Shown here one piece after another: positions 46,905 to 56,465 of a stretch of 64,000 bases of DNA. The notes beneath the pieces are model-generated. The model did no database searches, was not told where the DNA came from, and saw only the letters and a list, made by a program, of their open reading frames with translations. Source of the DNA: a virus. The stretch lies in the IMG/VR virus record IMGVR_UViG_3300017971_004694; one strand, given 5' to 3'. Positions within the stretch are counted from its first letter, which is position 1. Every line of letters begins with the position of its first letter. The translations under genes and the position numbers were made by a program.

Positions 46905-47407
46905 TATTCCTCCGTTTCTTTCTCGACGGGAACATCGATCTTTTTAAGAGAGGCCTTGGCCTTTTTGAGTGATTTTTCTATTTTCTCAACCTTTCTGTGC
47001 ATGTCCATAAAAGCTTTCTGCATCCTTGAAGTAAATTGTTCATACTTATATCTTAATTCTTTCTGCATTTGCTCATTGTCGCCAGCCGACAGTTGAGCGG
47101 TTCTATAGAAATCTCCAGAACTTAGATGAACAAGTTCGTGGCACGCTATATCATGCATGGCCTCAACAAAATCTTCTTCCTCAAAAAGCATCAAGTCGTT
47201 TGACAGTGATAATACAACCACAAAGTATTCAGCATTAGAAAGATTGAAGAAGGCTACATCCATACCCTCCTCAGCTTCTTCGCTATTATATACCTCAACA
47301 CGAATCGTCCAGATTGGGTCTATATGAAGTTTGTCTCGCCACTCTTTCAATATCTTGAAGGCCAGTTTTAAGTTTTTTCTCTCTGCTTGAGTAAGCGATA
47401 AGTCCAT
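46904..47407 (-). CDS. Hypothetical protein with HExxH motif
   Basis: CHELVH. Confidence 0.6.
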   Translation of the reverse strand: MDLSLTQAERKNLKLAFKILKEWRDKLHIDPIWTIRVEVYNSEEAEEGMDVAFFNLSNAEYFVVVLSLSNDLMLFEEEDFVEAMHDIACHELVHLSSGDFYRTAQLSAGDNEQMQKELRYKYEQFTSRMQKAFMDMHRKVEKIEKSLKKAKASLKKIDVPVEKETEE

Positions 47408-48183
47408 TAATTCTCCTTTATTTTACGAAAGCACTTGTAACATATAGTAGAGGGTTTGCCGAAATGCGATGAACGAGCATCTTCTCCACATATTTTACAA
47501 GGCATTTTATACCTCTCTTTCTGATCCTCCAGTTTTTTCATCATCTCTTCGTGGCTGTATGTTTTTACATTTCCGGATGTTATGTCATCGCTTCTGTCTT
47601 TAAGCTCTTTGAGAGCAAATGCTTTAATGTCGGGAGGTCCAACAAAAGATAGTTCATCAACTATGCCTTTAACAAGTTCCAATAATGTAAAAGACATCTT
47701 GAATTGAAAAATAACAGTTCCTTCTTCATTTTCTATTATCACGCCTTCATTAAGCATGACGGGATATGATGTAAGCTCGTTTGTAGGTGAAAATTCTATG
47801 GCCCATGTTTCTTTGACACCCTTGCCGGAAAAGTCCATGTAGACATACAATTCTCCCTTGTCAAGAACGGCAGTTCTACCAAGCTCCAAATGGCCAAGGT
47901 CTTCTTTCTCTTCATTCACCACTTTGGCCGAAAGTGCTTCAGTTACCAAATCATCCAGAAATGGACACCCAACTGCAGTGGAAAAGGTCTCAATGTTTTT
48001 GGACACCAATAAAAATATGTCTCTAAGAGTCGTGTTCTTGTCCAAACAAACACTATCGTGTAGATGGAAAAGTAATTCATCATCGTCGATTATCTGTTCC
48101 AAATAATCTGCAAAGTCGGCATCCCATTCGTTTGTGACTAGGGAGCCGCCTTTTCTCAATTGTAAGTCATAGGACATGTTCAA
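47407..48183 (-). CDS. Hypothetical protein with C-terminal zinc ribbon
   Basis: CKIC...CYKC. Confidence 0.7.
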   Translation of the reverse strand: MNMSYDLQLRKGGSLVTNEWDADFADYLEQIIDDDELLFHLHDSVCLDKNTTLRDIFLLVSKNIETFSTAVGCPFLDDLVTEALSAKVVNEEKEDLGHLELGRTAVLDKGELYVYMDFSGKGVKETWAIEFSPTNELTSYPVMLNEGVIIENEEGTVIFQFKMSFTLLELVKGIVDELSFVGPPDIKAFALKELKDRSDDITSGNVKTYSHEEMMKKLEDQKERYKMPCKICGEDARSSHFGKPSTICYKCFRKIKEN

Positions 48184-48191
48184 ACTCCCTA

Positions 48192-49139
48192 TTAAGCCAT
48201 ATCATAGAGGCCATCTGCTAAATTGACCAATCTCTTTCTGTCTTCCAGTCCCTTTCGCCATTTTGCCGGAAAAGCCTTATATCCATAGGCAGCACCCAAA
48301 ATTGCCGCAGCCATGGAAGCATTTGTGTCTGCATCCCCGCCCATATTAACTAAAGTCTCAAGACAACCCTCTATGTCATTTTTATGCCTCATCATTATCG
48401 CATATGTAAAAGGTAGAGACTCATTTACAAAAGCTCCTGCCCCTAAAATTTCGCGTATTTCAATGGGCTCAGATGAATAATAATGAACATGGGCATCACG
48501 CAATTTGTCTGACAGCATATCATCGCTCGGTGGCTCAAGTCTTTCCGCAAACCGGAAAATTTCATCAAGCAAATCCCAAAACGAAATACTTCCCTTACTC
48601 TTCATAGCCTCTCCAATTAGATAAGCTTGTAGAACAGCAGCCAAAGCAGCCCTGGGATCGCCATGAGTCATTTTGGAAATATTCACGCAGGCGGCGATTA
48701 GCTCAATTAGATCAATGACTTCAAGACCATAAAGCACTCCAACTGGAGCTATCTTCATAGGCGGGCCATTTCCAGCGCCATTAGCGCCGCCAGCTTCCCA
48801 CCAATTTTCGCCCATCAGGAGCCTCTGGCAGCCTTGTTTGGTAGTATTGCCCCAGCCACGACGCTCTGCGTTGAATGCATGAACATGTGCAGTCGCAATA
48901 TCTTCAAAATCAAGCCCCTTCATTTTAACTATAGACTCGCCAACCGCCAAAGTCAATTGCGTATCGTCCGTCCATTGCCCTCTTTTTAGATTATGAAAGT
49001 GCCGTTTTCTGGGAGTCCTATAAGTGCTTATTTTTCCATAGTATTTTTGGACAGTCTCGGGTTTGAGCCCTTCGGCGGGCATTCCGAGAGCATCGCCCAT
49101 GGCCACTCCGACTATGGCGCCACGCACTTGGTCCTTCAT
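48192..49139 (-). CDS. ADP-ribosylglycohydrolase (DraG/ARH family)
   Basis: GVAMGDALGMPAE, WTDDTQLT, GAGNGPPMK, THGDP, GGDADTNASMAAAILGA. Confidence 0.93.
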   Translation of the reverse strand: MKDQVRGAIVGVAMGDALGMPAEGLKPETVQKYYGKISTYRTPRKRHFHNLKRGQWTDDTQLTLAVGESIVKMKGLDFEDIATAHVHAFNAERRGWGNTTKQGCQRLLMGENWWEAGGANGAGNGPPMKIAPVGVLYGLEVIDLIELIAACVNISKMTHGDPRAALAAVLQAYLIGEAMKSKGSISFWDLLDEIFRFAERLEPPSDDMLSDKLRDAHVHYYSSEPIEIREILGAGAFVNESLPFTYAIMMRHKNDIEGCLETLVNMGGDADTNASMAAAILGAAYGYKAFPAKWRKGLEDRKRLVNLADGLYDMA

Positions 49140-49174
49140 TTGTTCCTCCTATTAAAGTGCTATAATTCTGGTGT

Positions 49175-49192
49175 CTATCAATATTTAAGAAT
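49175..49192 (+). promoter_or_regulatory. Putative phage promoter CTATCAAT-N8-AT, plus-strand copy
   Basis: CTATCAAT ATTTAAGA AT, upstream of the only plus-strand gene. Confidence 0.6.
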
Positions 49193-49228
49193 TAATACGA
49201 AGACCTACATCTATGAGGAGTAAAATCC

Positions 49229-52200
49229 ATGAAATCTAACAGATTTGCAGAAATAAAAAATCTTTGCGCACAAGAAATGTTCGATGAGCTACTAGCCTTG
49301 GCTGTCGATGAAGATATGACTCCTGAAGAAGCCGAAGCGGCATACAAGGAGCTAATGGGCGAAAAACCAGAAGAAAAGCCCAAGCGTCCGCAAGAGATTG
49401 TAAAAGAAAAGCCAAAAAGGCTTAAAGAAATCGAAGAAATCGAAGAAAGAAATCTATATATTCGTTGGCTCAGAGAAATGCGCGAAAAGGGCCTCTTGGA
49501 AAAAATGGAAGAAGAGGGCATGGAAGACCCCTCAAAGGCTCCATTCGCAGTATTTAGGCGACTCAGGGAAAGCGGAAAATTCGCGCCAGCTCCCAGAGTA
49601 GAAAAAGTTAAGCCAACTATCCCTCATAGAGTTAAAGAAGAAGAGGAAGCGGTGCCGGCAGAACTCCCATTTGAGGGAGAAACTATGCCCGCAGCCAGAA
49701 AATATACTCCCGGAGCAATCACAGCTAAAAAATGTTCTGTTTGTGGATTTCTAAACAGCCCAGTTTATTTAGGTGAATGTAAACACTGCAAACGCTTATA
49801 TGAGTGGATGAAAGAACTCGTAGAAGAAAAAGATTATTCTCTTCACGAAGCCATAATGGAAGTATATAAGCCTTTCAGAGATTTGCCTGCCGGTGCTAAT
49901 TTTTGGTGGCTTGATAGAATCTCATCAAAAACAAGAAACTTTGTTTCGCCCGATGTTCTTAAATACATCTACAGAACAGAAGGTGAAACAAGACTTAATC
50001 CAGAAGATGTTGTAGAACTTGAAGGAAGCTCTCCGTATATGAGAATACAGAGCTTATTGGACACAGTTCTAAATGTTCAGCGAGACCCCAAAACCAAAAT
50101 GCCCATATATGATGAAGAGGGCGATCCCATTCCTTTGGATAGGGAAATGAGGAAATATATTAGCCTAAGTGAACTGGCCAAGAGGCTTCTAATGAGCGAT
50201 AGGGCAGTCGTACAAAGAATAGGTGAATACAACTCAGAGAAGGGCCTCATACCCGCCAGATACTACATTCCAGGACAAGGAAAAGAACCTTTCGAGCGAC
50301 CAAGAAAACCAGAGGAAGACATTCCTAGAAAGGGCACAGGAATAGGTCCGGTGCGAGATTTCAGTATCTATCCAACACGCGAAAAAGCACAGCTAGGAAT
50401 GGAACCGAAATATCACCAAATCTATGAGGCTAGCAGAGTAATGGATGCCTTTAAAGATCGCTTGGCCGAGTTGCCTTCTATTTTCAGACAACTTAAAATC
50501 AGGGGGTTTGAAAATAGAATAAACCGCATGGGCGAAGAAATTGAAAACCTCAGAGTTAGAATTAGAGTAATCAAAAAATCCATCAAAAATTACAAAAAGT
50601 TTAGAAATTACAGAAGCACCGTCGCCAAAGCCTTAAAGGAACTTGAAGGGCTTAGTGAAACGGGAGAAGTGAGCCCAAGACAAGAAAAACTAAATCGCGC
50701 TGTGGGACATCTTCTTGACGAACGCAACAAGAAATTAGATAAACTCAATAAAGAACGCATCAAAGTTATAGAAAATCTAAAAGAAACTATAGAGAAGAAG
50801 AAAAAAGAAGAGGAGCGCAGGGACAAATACGAAAAGTGGGTTGCAAAAAAGTATCCAAAGCCACTCACCCTAAAAGATCTTATAGAAATGCAAAGAGGTA
50901 TAAACATAGACGAGCTTCAAGAAGAGGTAGTAGCGAAGGAAGAAGGGAAGCCTGAGAAGAAATCTATGAGAGAACGAATTAACACACTTCTTAAATTGGC
51001 CGTTGAAGAGCTATATCTCCCTGGAATGGAACCGGAAAAAATAGAAGAGGAGCCTGAAGAGCCAGAACCAGAAGAAGTCCCAGAAGGTCTCGCAGGGGTG
51101 AAGTTCTTCCAGCCCGGAATTGGCGAGAAACGACCAGAACCAAAACCAGAACTAGAAAAAGCCCCAATTAAGACAATGACCAAAGAGGAAATAGAAGCGG
51201 AAATCAAGAAATTAGAGGGTCCTAAAATCGATGATACTTTCGGTGATAAGAAAGGTAAATATACCGTCTATTTCGAATTCAAAATCAGAACTGGCCCAGA
51301 TGCGGGACGTGTAAAAAGATTTAGAGCACGCTTTCAATATACTCCCGAATACAGAAAAATACCTTTTGAGGTATTGCTTCAAAGAAAAATAGAACAGAGG
51401 TTTAAGCAAAAAATAATTGAGGCTGGGGCAACCCCCGGAACCTACGTTAGAATGGTCGTGAATGAGCCAGAAAGCGCAGAAACACGAACATATTCTTTCT
51501 TTTTGGACAAAGAAGGGAAGTTTGAATGGCTTAGCACCTTGAAAGAAGAACGAGCAGAAAAAGAACGCCTTTTGAGGCAACCAGAAAATGCCGGTCTCTA
51601 TAAACTTTGGGAGAGCGGTGATATATCTCTTGACCAAATGGCTATAGTCGGCGGAAAACTTGTCGAAAAAGACCCTGTAAAGAAAACCCATTATTACAAA
51701 TGGCTTAAGAAAAAACTTAAGACTATAGAGCAGTCAGAAAAGGCAACGGCAGCGCGAGAGAAGGCCAAGAGAGAGACGAAGCTCAGAAAAAAGAAGATCG
51801 AGGAGCTACGAAAAAAGGAACTTGCTGGCCTAACTCCTGAAGAAATACAGGAGAAAATCAAAGAAGAAAAAGAAGAATTGAAACTAAAATTCGAGCCAAG
51901 GGAACCAGAATACAAAGAGCCCGAAGAGGTCGAAAAAGATTTAGTTAAGGTTAAGTGTCCTCATTGTAAAAGAGACAATTGGGTGGAAAAGGGCAAAGAA
52001 AGTATTGAAACTTGTAAAGCCTGCGAATTTCCAGCCGGCGACTTGACCTTTGTGGTAAAACAAAAAATGAAAAGAAGAGAAGAGGTGCAGGAAAAAGTAA
52101 GGGTGCCGATCCCACAAGAGGAGCGCGTAGAGGGAGGTCCCACTACTAAAGAAGTCACGATGACGGTAGAAAAGAAAATCCCATTTTACAAATACAGTAT

Positions 52201-53152
52201 GCTTTCTTTTCAGCGAGATGCTCAGGGAAGTCTAGCATCAGCAAAGTGCTGGGAAGTCCCAGCCAGAGCGGGAAGATTTTCACGAGAAACACATAAATTC
52301 GAAGCCAAAAGATTCCCTGATTTGTGGAAACAAGTAATAGCGCCCTTTGAACCACTAATAAAAGAAATAAGGGGCCTAGGAGAGGCTGCAAAAGAAAGAA
52401 AGGAAAAGGGTCTGGCCGGGCTGTCTCCGGACGAAAAAAAACGCAAACGGGAAATACGAAAGGAAATAGAGAACCTAAAAGAGACAAAAGACGAGCGATA
52501 TAAAGAGCTAGTAGAACAAGAACATCCCGGAGAGCCACTATATAAAACAGTAGAGATCAGAGCACCCATGGTAGGTCCACCAAGGAAGCCATGTGCAATG
52601 TGCCCAGAAGCAAAACCTCCATTTTCAGAGGCACCATGCGCAGAAATTAGAAGCGCTTACAAATATATGATTGGCGAAGATTTGCCGTTTGTTGTAACAG
52701 TGTGGCCTGCTGCTCAACTAATGGATATTGAAAGGGTTATAGAAAGAAAATACGGCAGGTTTGATAGAATCTATAATCTATACAAAATAAGCCAGAAACC
52801 AGCTATGGAATTCACCCTTGAAGAGGCTGGGATCAAACCTCCAGCTCCCAAGATTAAGGAACCCAAATGGACTAAATACACCCCCACTGATTTGATGAAA
52901 GCAAAGGATCATTATGAGAAAGGTCTTGCCGCTTTCCGCATGGGTAACTTCAACAAGGCCCTGAAAGAATATGAAACAGGATATACGCTCACAAGAGAAC
53001 CAGGCTTTTTGTTCAATATGGGACAAGCATATAGAGAACTTGGAGATAAAAAGAAAGCCGCATGGCTCTACAAGTCATACTTAAAAAGCCCAAAGGCACA
53101 GGATAAGGCCGGCGTTCAAGCGCTAATAAAGGAACTTGAATCAACGAAATAA
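49229..53152 (+). CDS. Large K/E/P-rich protein with zinc ribbons, coiled coils and a C-terminal TPR
   Basis: 1307 aa; GAGGAG RBS; CSVC..CKHC, CPHC..CKAC, CAMC..C; TPR AKDHYEKG..ALKEYETGY..LFNMGQAYRELG. Confidence 0.85.
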   Translation: MKSNRFAEIKNLCAQEMFDELLALAVDEDMTPEEAEAAYKELMGEKPEEKPKRPQEIVKEKPKRLKEIEEIEERNLYIRWLREMREKGLLEKMEEEGMEDPSKAPFAVFRRLRESGKFAPAPRVEKVKPTIPHRVKEEEEAVPAELPFEGETMPAARKYTPGAITAKKCSVCGFLNSPVYLGECKHCKRLYEWMKELVEEKDYSLHEAIMEVYKPFRDLPAGANFWWLDRISSKTRNFVSPDVLKYIYRTEGETRLNPEDVVELEGSSPYMRIQSLLDTVLNVQRDPKTKMPIYDEEGDPIPLDREMRKYISLSELAKRLLMSDRAVVQRIGEYNSEKGLIPARYYIPGQGKEPFERPRKPEEDIPRKGTGIGPVRDFSIYPTREKAQLGMEPKYHQIYEASRVMDAFKDRLAELPSIFRQLKIRGFENRINRMGEEIENLRVRIRVIKKSIKNYKKFRNYRSTVAKALKELEGLSETGEVSPRQEKLNRAVGHLLDERNKKLDKLNKERIKVIENLKETIEKKKKEEERRDKYEKWVAKKYPKPLTLKDLIEMQRGINIDELQEEVVAKEEGKPEKKSMRERINTLLKLAVEELYLPGMEPEKIEEEPEEPEPEEVPEGLAGVKFFQPGIGEKRPEPKPELEKAPIKTMTKEEIEAEIKKLEGPKIDDTFGDKKGKYTVYFEFKIRTGPDAGRVKRFRARFQYTPEYRKIPFEVLLQRKIEQRFKQKIIEAGATPGTYVRMVVNEPESAETRTYSFFLDKEGKFEWLSTLKEERAEKERLLRQPENAGLYKLWESGDISLDQMAIVGGKLVEKDPVKKTHYYKWLKKKLKTIEQSEKATAAREKAKRETKLRKKKIEELRKKELAGLTPEEIQEKIKEEKEELKLKFEPREPEYKEPEEVEKDLVKVKCPHCKRDNWVEKGKESIETCKACEFPAGDLTFVVKQKMKRREEVQEKVRVPIPQEERVEGGPTTKEVTMTVEKKIPFYKYSMLSFQRDAQGSLASAKCWEVPARAGRFSRETHKFEAKRFPDLWKQVIAPFEPLIKEIRGLGEAAKERKEKGLAGLSPDEKKRKREIRKEIENLKETKDERYKELVEQEHPGEPLYKTVEIRAPMVGPPRKPCAMCPEAKPPFSEAPCAEIRSAYKYMIGEDLPFVVTVWPAAQLMDIERVIERKYGRFDRIYNLYKISQKPAMEFTLEEAGIKPPAPKIKEPKWTKYTPTDLMKAKDHYEKGLAAFRMGNFNKALKEYETGYTLTREPGFLFNMGQAYRELGDKKKAAWLYKSYLKSPKAQDKAGVQALIKELESTK

Positions 53153-53171
53153 TAAACAGCTTAGCTTAATG

Positions 53172-53197
53172 AAAAGGGCGCCGCGAGGCGCCCTTTT
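53172..53197. terminator. Bidirectional rho-independent terminator between convergent genes
   Basis: AAAAGGGCGCC-GCGA-GGCGCCCTTTT. Confidence 0.9.
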
Positions 53198-53315
53198 CTA
53201 TTTGTCCTTTTTACAATCCTTATCTTTATTCTTACAGTCGTCCTTCTTATCTGTCTTCTTTTTCTGCTCACAACATTATCTTTTCCGCAAACGCACTTTT
53301 TATCCTTATCATCCA

Positions 53316-53468
53316 TTATTTTCTCTTGCCTCCCTTGCCTCGCTTAAAAAGCCTTCCCGTTCTCTTAGTCTTTCTTTTGCGCCTATTCTTCATTTTCATA
53401 GCCCTTCTCTTCTTTTTTCCTTTCTTCCTCCTTCCTTGGTGTTTGCATCTTTTACCAACTTTGCCCAT
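53316..53468 (-). CDS. Protamine-like highly basic peptide (50 aa, not in ORF track)
   Basis: MGKVGKRCKHQGRRKKGKKKRRAMKMKNRRKRKTKRTGRLFKRGKGGKRK; AGGAGG upstream; no acidic residues. Confidence 0.55.
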   Translation of the reverse strand: MGKVGKRCKHQGRRKKGKKKRRAMKMKNRRKRKTKRTGRLFKRGKGGKRK

Positions 53469-53485
53469 TTACATAATTCCTCCTA

Positions 53486-53947
53486 TTATCTCAGTTTGGA
53501 CAATCTCCTTTCGTCATTTCTCCAACCCCTATAGTCTTTCAAAGTAAGCAGTGATACATAATTGAACTTATCATAGAATTCATCTGAATCATATTTCATC
53601 CAGAAAGCATTTTTGGCATCGTCCATGCCTTTTGGCTCTTTGAACTTCTTGGCTCTCATGATTAAATGAGGAGCTATAATATGCATTCTTGGATCAAATT
53701 CAGGTCTGGAGCACAAATTCAATAGTTCTACCACTCTCGCATCAATTCCAGTTTCCTCTTTTACCTCTCTAATGGCAGTTTCGGCAATGGTTTCCCCAAT
53801 ATCCATAAATCCGCCAGGGAAGGCGTAGCCGAGGGGTGGCCACTTTCTCTCAATTACTAGTATTTGCTCCCTATCAGGCGACTCTACTACTGCCGCCACA
53901 CCTACTTTGGGGGTTTTCAGTTTCTCTTTCCAGCTTTCATCATCCAT
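53486..53947 (-). CDS. NUDIX hydrolase (ADP-ribose pyrophosphatase-like)
   Basis: FPGGFMDIGETIAETAIREVKEETG, DPRMH. Confidence 0.9.
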   Translation of the reverse strand: MDDESWKEKLKTPKVGVAAVVESPDREQILVIERKWPPLGYAFPGGFMDIGETIAETAIREVKEETGIDARVVELLNLCSRPEFDPRMHIIAPHLIMRAKKFKEPKGMDDAKNAFWMKYDSDEFYDKFNYVSLLTLKDYRGWRNDERRLSKLR

Positions 53948-54463
53948 TTAATCATCCATGATGTAACAAAAATCTTTCCACTCGGAAGGCACTCTCATCT
54001 TGGCCAAGTGGAGAGCTATACTGGGCACCCAGTCTGGTCTCGTAGGGTGTTTTTTCAACTTCATCTTAGCTTGTGCAGGGGTTCTGTCCCGCTTTCTGTC
54101 GTTGCAACCAGTACAACAAGCCACTATATTCTCCCAGGTGGTCTCTCCACCTTGGGCTCTTGGAATTACATGGTCTTTCGTAAGATCGCCTGCTGGGAAT
54201 TTCTTGCCGCAATACTGACAGCGGAAGCGATCCCTCAAAATAATGTTTTGGGTGTTGAACTTCACTCTCTTTCTTGGTCTCTTGAAACCCTTAATAAGCC
54301 TTACTACAGCAGGCATCTTAAAAGTTCGCCTTGGAGAATGTAGTTCTACTTCGTATTCTTTGATTACTTCAGCCTTTTCCCTGAATATTAGATTAAAAGC
54401 TCTTTTCCAGCTTATTATCTCTATAGGTTCAAAGCTTTGACTTAACTTTAAAACCCTCTGCAT
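53948..54463 (-). CDS. HNH endonuclease
   Basis: RDRFRCQYCG, LTKDHVIPRAQGG, WENIVACCTGCNDRK. Confidence 0.93.
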   Translation of the reverse strand: MQRVLKLSQSFEPIEIISWKRAFNLIFREKAEVIKEYEVELHSPRRTFKMPAVVRLIKGFKRPRKRVKFNTQNIILRDRFRCQYCGKKFPAGDLTKDHVIPRAQGGETTWENIVACCTGCNDRKRDRTPAQAKMKLKKHPTRPDWVPSIALHLAKMRVPSEWKDFCYIMDD

Positions 54464-54478
54464 CTTCCCTCTCCTTAA

Positions 54479-55573
54479 TTAAAAAGTTCCATGCGGTAAG
54501 CTCTCCTTCCAACCGGCAGAAGTTATTTTGCGGAAGTCCGCATGTTTTTGAAGTTCCCTGATATTTCTTGCGTTTTGATAAGACATACCAGAGAGCACAC
54601 CTGATATTAGTTCATTGAAGACATTTTCCATAGAACCCTTATAGGGTTTGAAGGTCATCTCGCCCTCAATCGAACTGGCTCTGCCTTTCCAGCTCTCCTG
54701 CGCCTCTCTGGAGGCCATTCCTCTATACTCCTTCATTCTTCCTTTGCCTGGAAAATTGACCACTCTTCCTGGAGTTTCATCCGTTCCGGCAAACAAAGCA
54801 CCAATCATGACGGCGCTGGCACCAGCAGCAAGGGCCTTTACTATATCGCCCGAATTTTTGATGCCGCCGTCAGCTATAAGCGTGGGCTTCCAAACACCTT
54901 CCGGACTTTTACCTTCAAGCTCTATAGAAAACCAATCATTTACAGCTGTCAGGGCGTCCATTATAGCTGTAAGTTGCGGGACTCCACAGCCAGTTTTTAT
55001 TCTGGTAGTGCATAGAGATCCTGGTCCAACACCAACCTTGACGCAATCAGCACCCGCTTGAAGCAAATCCCTGGTGCCTTGATAAGTGGCTACATTGCCA
55101 GCTATGACTGGAAGATCTGGTCTTGCTTCCTTTACCTCTATGATACGGTCAATTACAGCATTAGAGTGTCCATGAGCCACATCTATGAGAACTCCCTGTA
55201 TATATGTCTTATCGCGTCCCTTGATAATTGCGTCAAATCTTTCTTTGCTATGGCCACCAACACCTATACAAAGAATTCTGGGCTCACGCTCTATTCTAAA
55301 TATCTCTTTTTCGTGGTCTTTTATGTCCATAAACCTATGGACTATTCCCAGGCCACCCAGCTCTTTCATCTTGTTTGCCATCCTGGACTCTGTAACAGTA
55401 TCCATGTTGGCGGAAACTATGGGGTATTTCATATATGGTAAGCCCGGTAATAATTGCATAGAAAGATCTATGTCCCCATTAAATCTGCTCGAAAATGTAA
55501 GTCTTTGCGGAACTAACAAAACATCGTCTAACGAGAGCCGCTCTTCAGTTATGCCCATCTTATTTCCTTTCAC
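54479..55573 (-). CDS. IMP dehydrogenase / GMP reductase family protein without CBS subdomain
   Basis: [54 protein letters not shown]; flap lacks the Arg-Tyr dyad, so GuaB versus GuaC is unresolved. Confidence 0.9.
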   Translation of the reverse strand: MKGNKMGITEERLSLDDVLLVPQRLTFSSRFNGDIDLSMQLLPGLPYMKYPIVSANMDTVTESRMANKMKELGGLGIVHRFMDIKDHEKEIFRIEREPRILCIGVGGHSKERFDAIIKGRDKTYIQGVLIDVAHGHSNAVIDRIIEVKEARPDLPVIAGNVATYQGTRDLLQAGADCVKVGVGPGSLCTTRIKTGCGVPQLTAIMDALTAVNDWFSIELEGKSPEGVWKPTLIADGGIKNSGDIVKALAAGASAVMIGALFAGTDETPGRVVNFPGKGRMKEYRGMASREAQESWKGRASSIEGEMTFKPYKGSMENVFNELISGVLSGMSYQNARNIRELQKHADFRKITSAGWKESLPHGTF

Positions 55574-56345
55574 TTAAGTAGTTAGAAACTTCATATACTA
55601 TTTTCTCAATATCAGATGCATAAAAACCGGCACTGTTGAAGCAACCAACCTCAATTACATATAGATTCTTGTTGGACTCTCCTATATCCATTACAAATAC
55701 AGAAGAAGGGCTATATACTTTCGCCTGCTCTTCCGCAAAATCTATTACTCTCTGCGGCACTTCTGGATATACATGTAGAACACAATACGAACGATAATGA
55801 CTACCTGTTATTACTTTGCCGTTTAGAATGAATAGTCTCCACTCATGAGCTATTCCATATGGTTCGGCAACAATTATAGGAAGCTTCCCGTAATCTGGGC
55901 ACACACAGTATATTTTATTTTCCCATTCTCTAATATCCCCAAAACACATCACGCCACCATTGAACTCTTTTTGGTCGCTCACTGGCCTAACAAAGAAGCG
56001 TTCGTCATCTGGGTGGTCTTCCTTGGAGATTTCTTTCAGCGTGGTCTCCTTGGCTCCATAATTCAGCGCGTTCTCGCCATACTTCTCAATCCAATAGGTA
56101 AAAACGCTCTGTGGATTAAAGAAGATTCCTGGAGTGGGGCCATATTTCTTGTAGATCTTGTCGATCCACCCAGTCCCGCCATAGAACACATTGGGGGCGT
56201 CTGGACGGATCTCTGGCGCTTCGTCCGAAAAAGGGATCACTTTAACGCCCTCATATTCATATCCAAACTTCTCGCAAGCCTCTTGGATTGTCTTTGTATC
56301 TCCAGAGTCGGTGCGAAAGTTATTTTGCACTATCCACTTTATCAT
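55560..56345 (-). CDS. ATP-grasp domain protein (R2K/DUF4343-like)
   Basis: FFVRPVSDQKEFNG, EWRLFILNGKVITGSHY, FVMDIGE, VIEVGCFNSAGFY. Confidence 0.8.
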   Translation of the reverse strand: MIKWIVQNNFRTDSGDTKTIQEACEKFGYEYEGVKVIPFSDEAPEIRPDAPNVFYGGTGWIDKIYKKYGPTPGIFFNPQSVFTYWIEKYGENALNYGAKETTLKEISKEDHPDDERFFVRPVSDQKEFNGGVMCFGDIREWENKIYCVCPDYGKLPIIVAEPYGIAHEWRLFILNGKVITGSHYRSYCVLHVYPEVPQRVIDFAEEQAKVYSPSSVFVMDIGESNKNLYVIEVGCFNSAGFYASDIEKIVYEVSNYLSERK

Positions 56346-56363
56346 TTTCTTTCCTTAAAAAGG

Positions 56364-56462
56364 TGCCCCAGCCCAGGCGGTCGCAGGTTATTTCCCCGGC
56401 TTCAGTCGGATCCGGGTTCCGCACTACGCCCCGACTTTGGCTCCCCGCCGGGACTGGGGACA
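56364..56462 (-). ncRNA. Unidentified GC-rich structured RNA (99 nt) directly after the tRNA-like gene
   Basis: 5' TG(T)CCCCAGTCC-C-GGCGG pairs with 3' CCGCC-T-GGGCTGGGGCA; inner GTCGG/CCGAC stem; U5 run follows. Confidence 0.65.
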
Positions 56463-56465
56463 TAG

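Noticed and set aside
53161-53316. Second basic small ORF (MDDKDKKCVCGKDN...)
   Set aside because: It runs through the terminator in low-complexity purine-rich DNA, and a competing frame looks equally plausible.
56364-56462. Assignment as SRP RNA or as an FMN, TPP or SAM-I riboswitch, or hammerhead ribozyme
   Set aside because: Only fragments resemble each consensus; the key conserved cores are missing or out of order.
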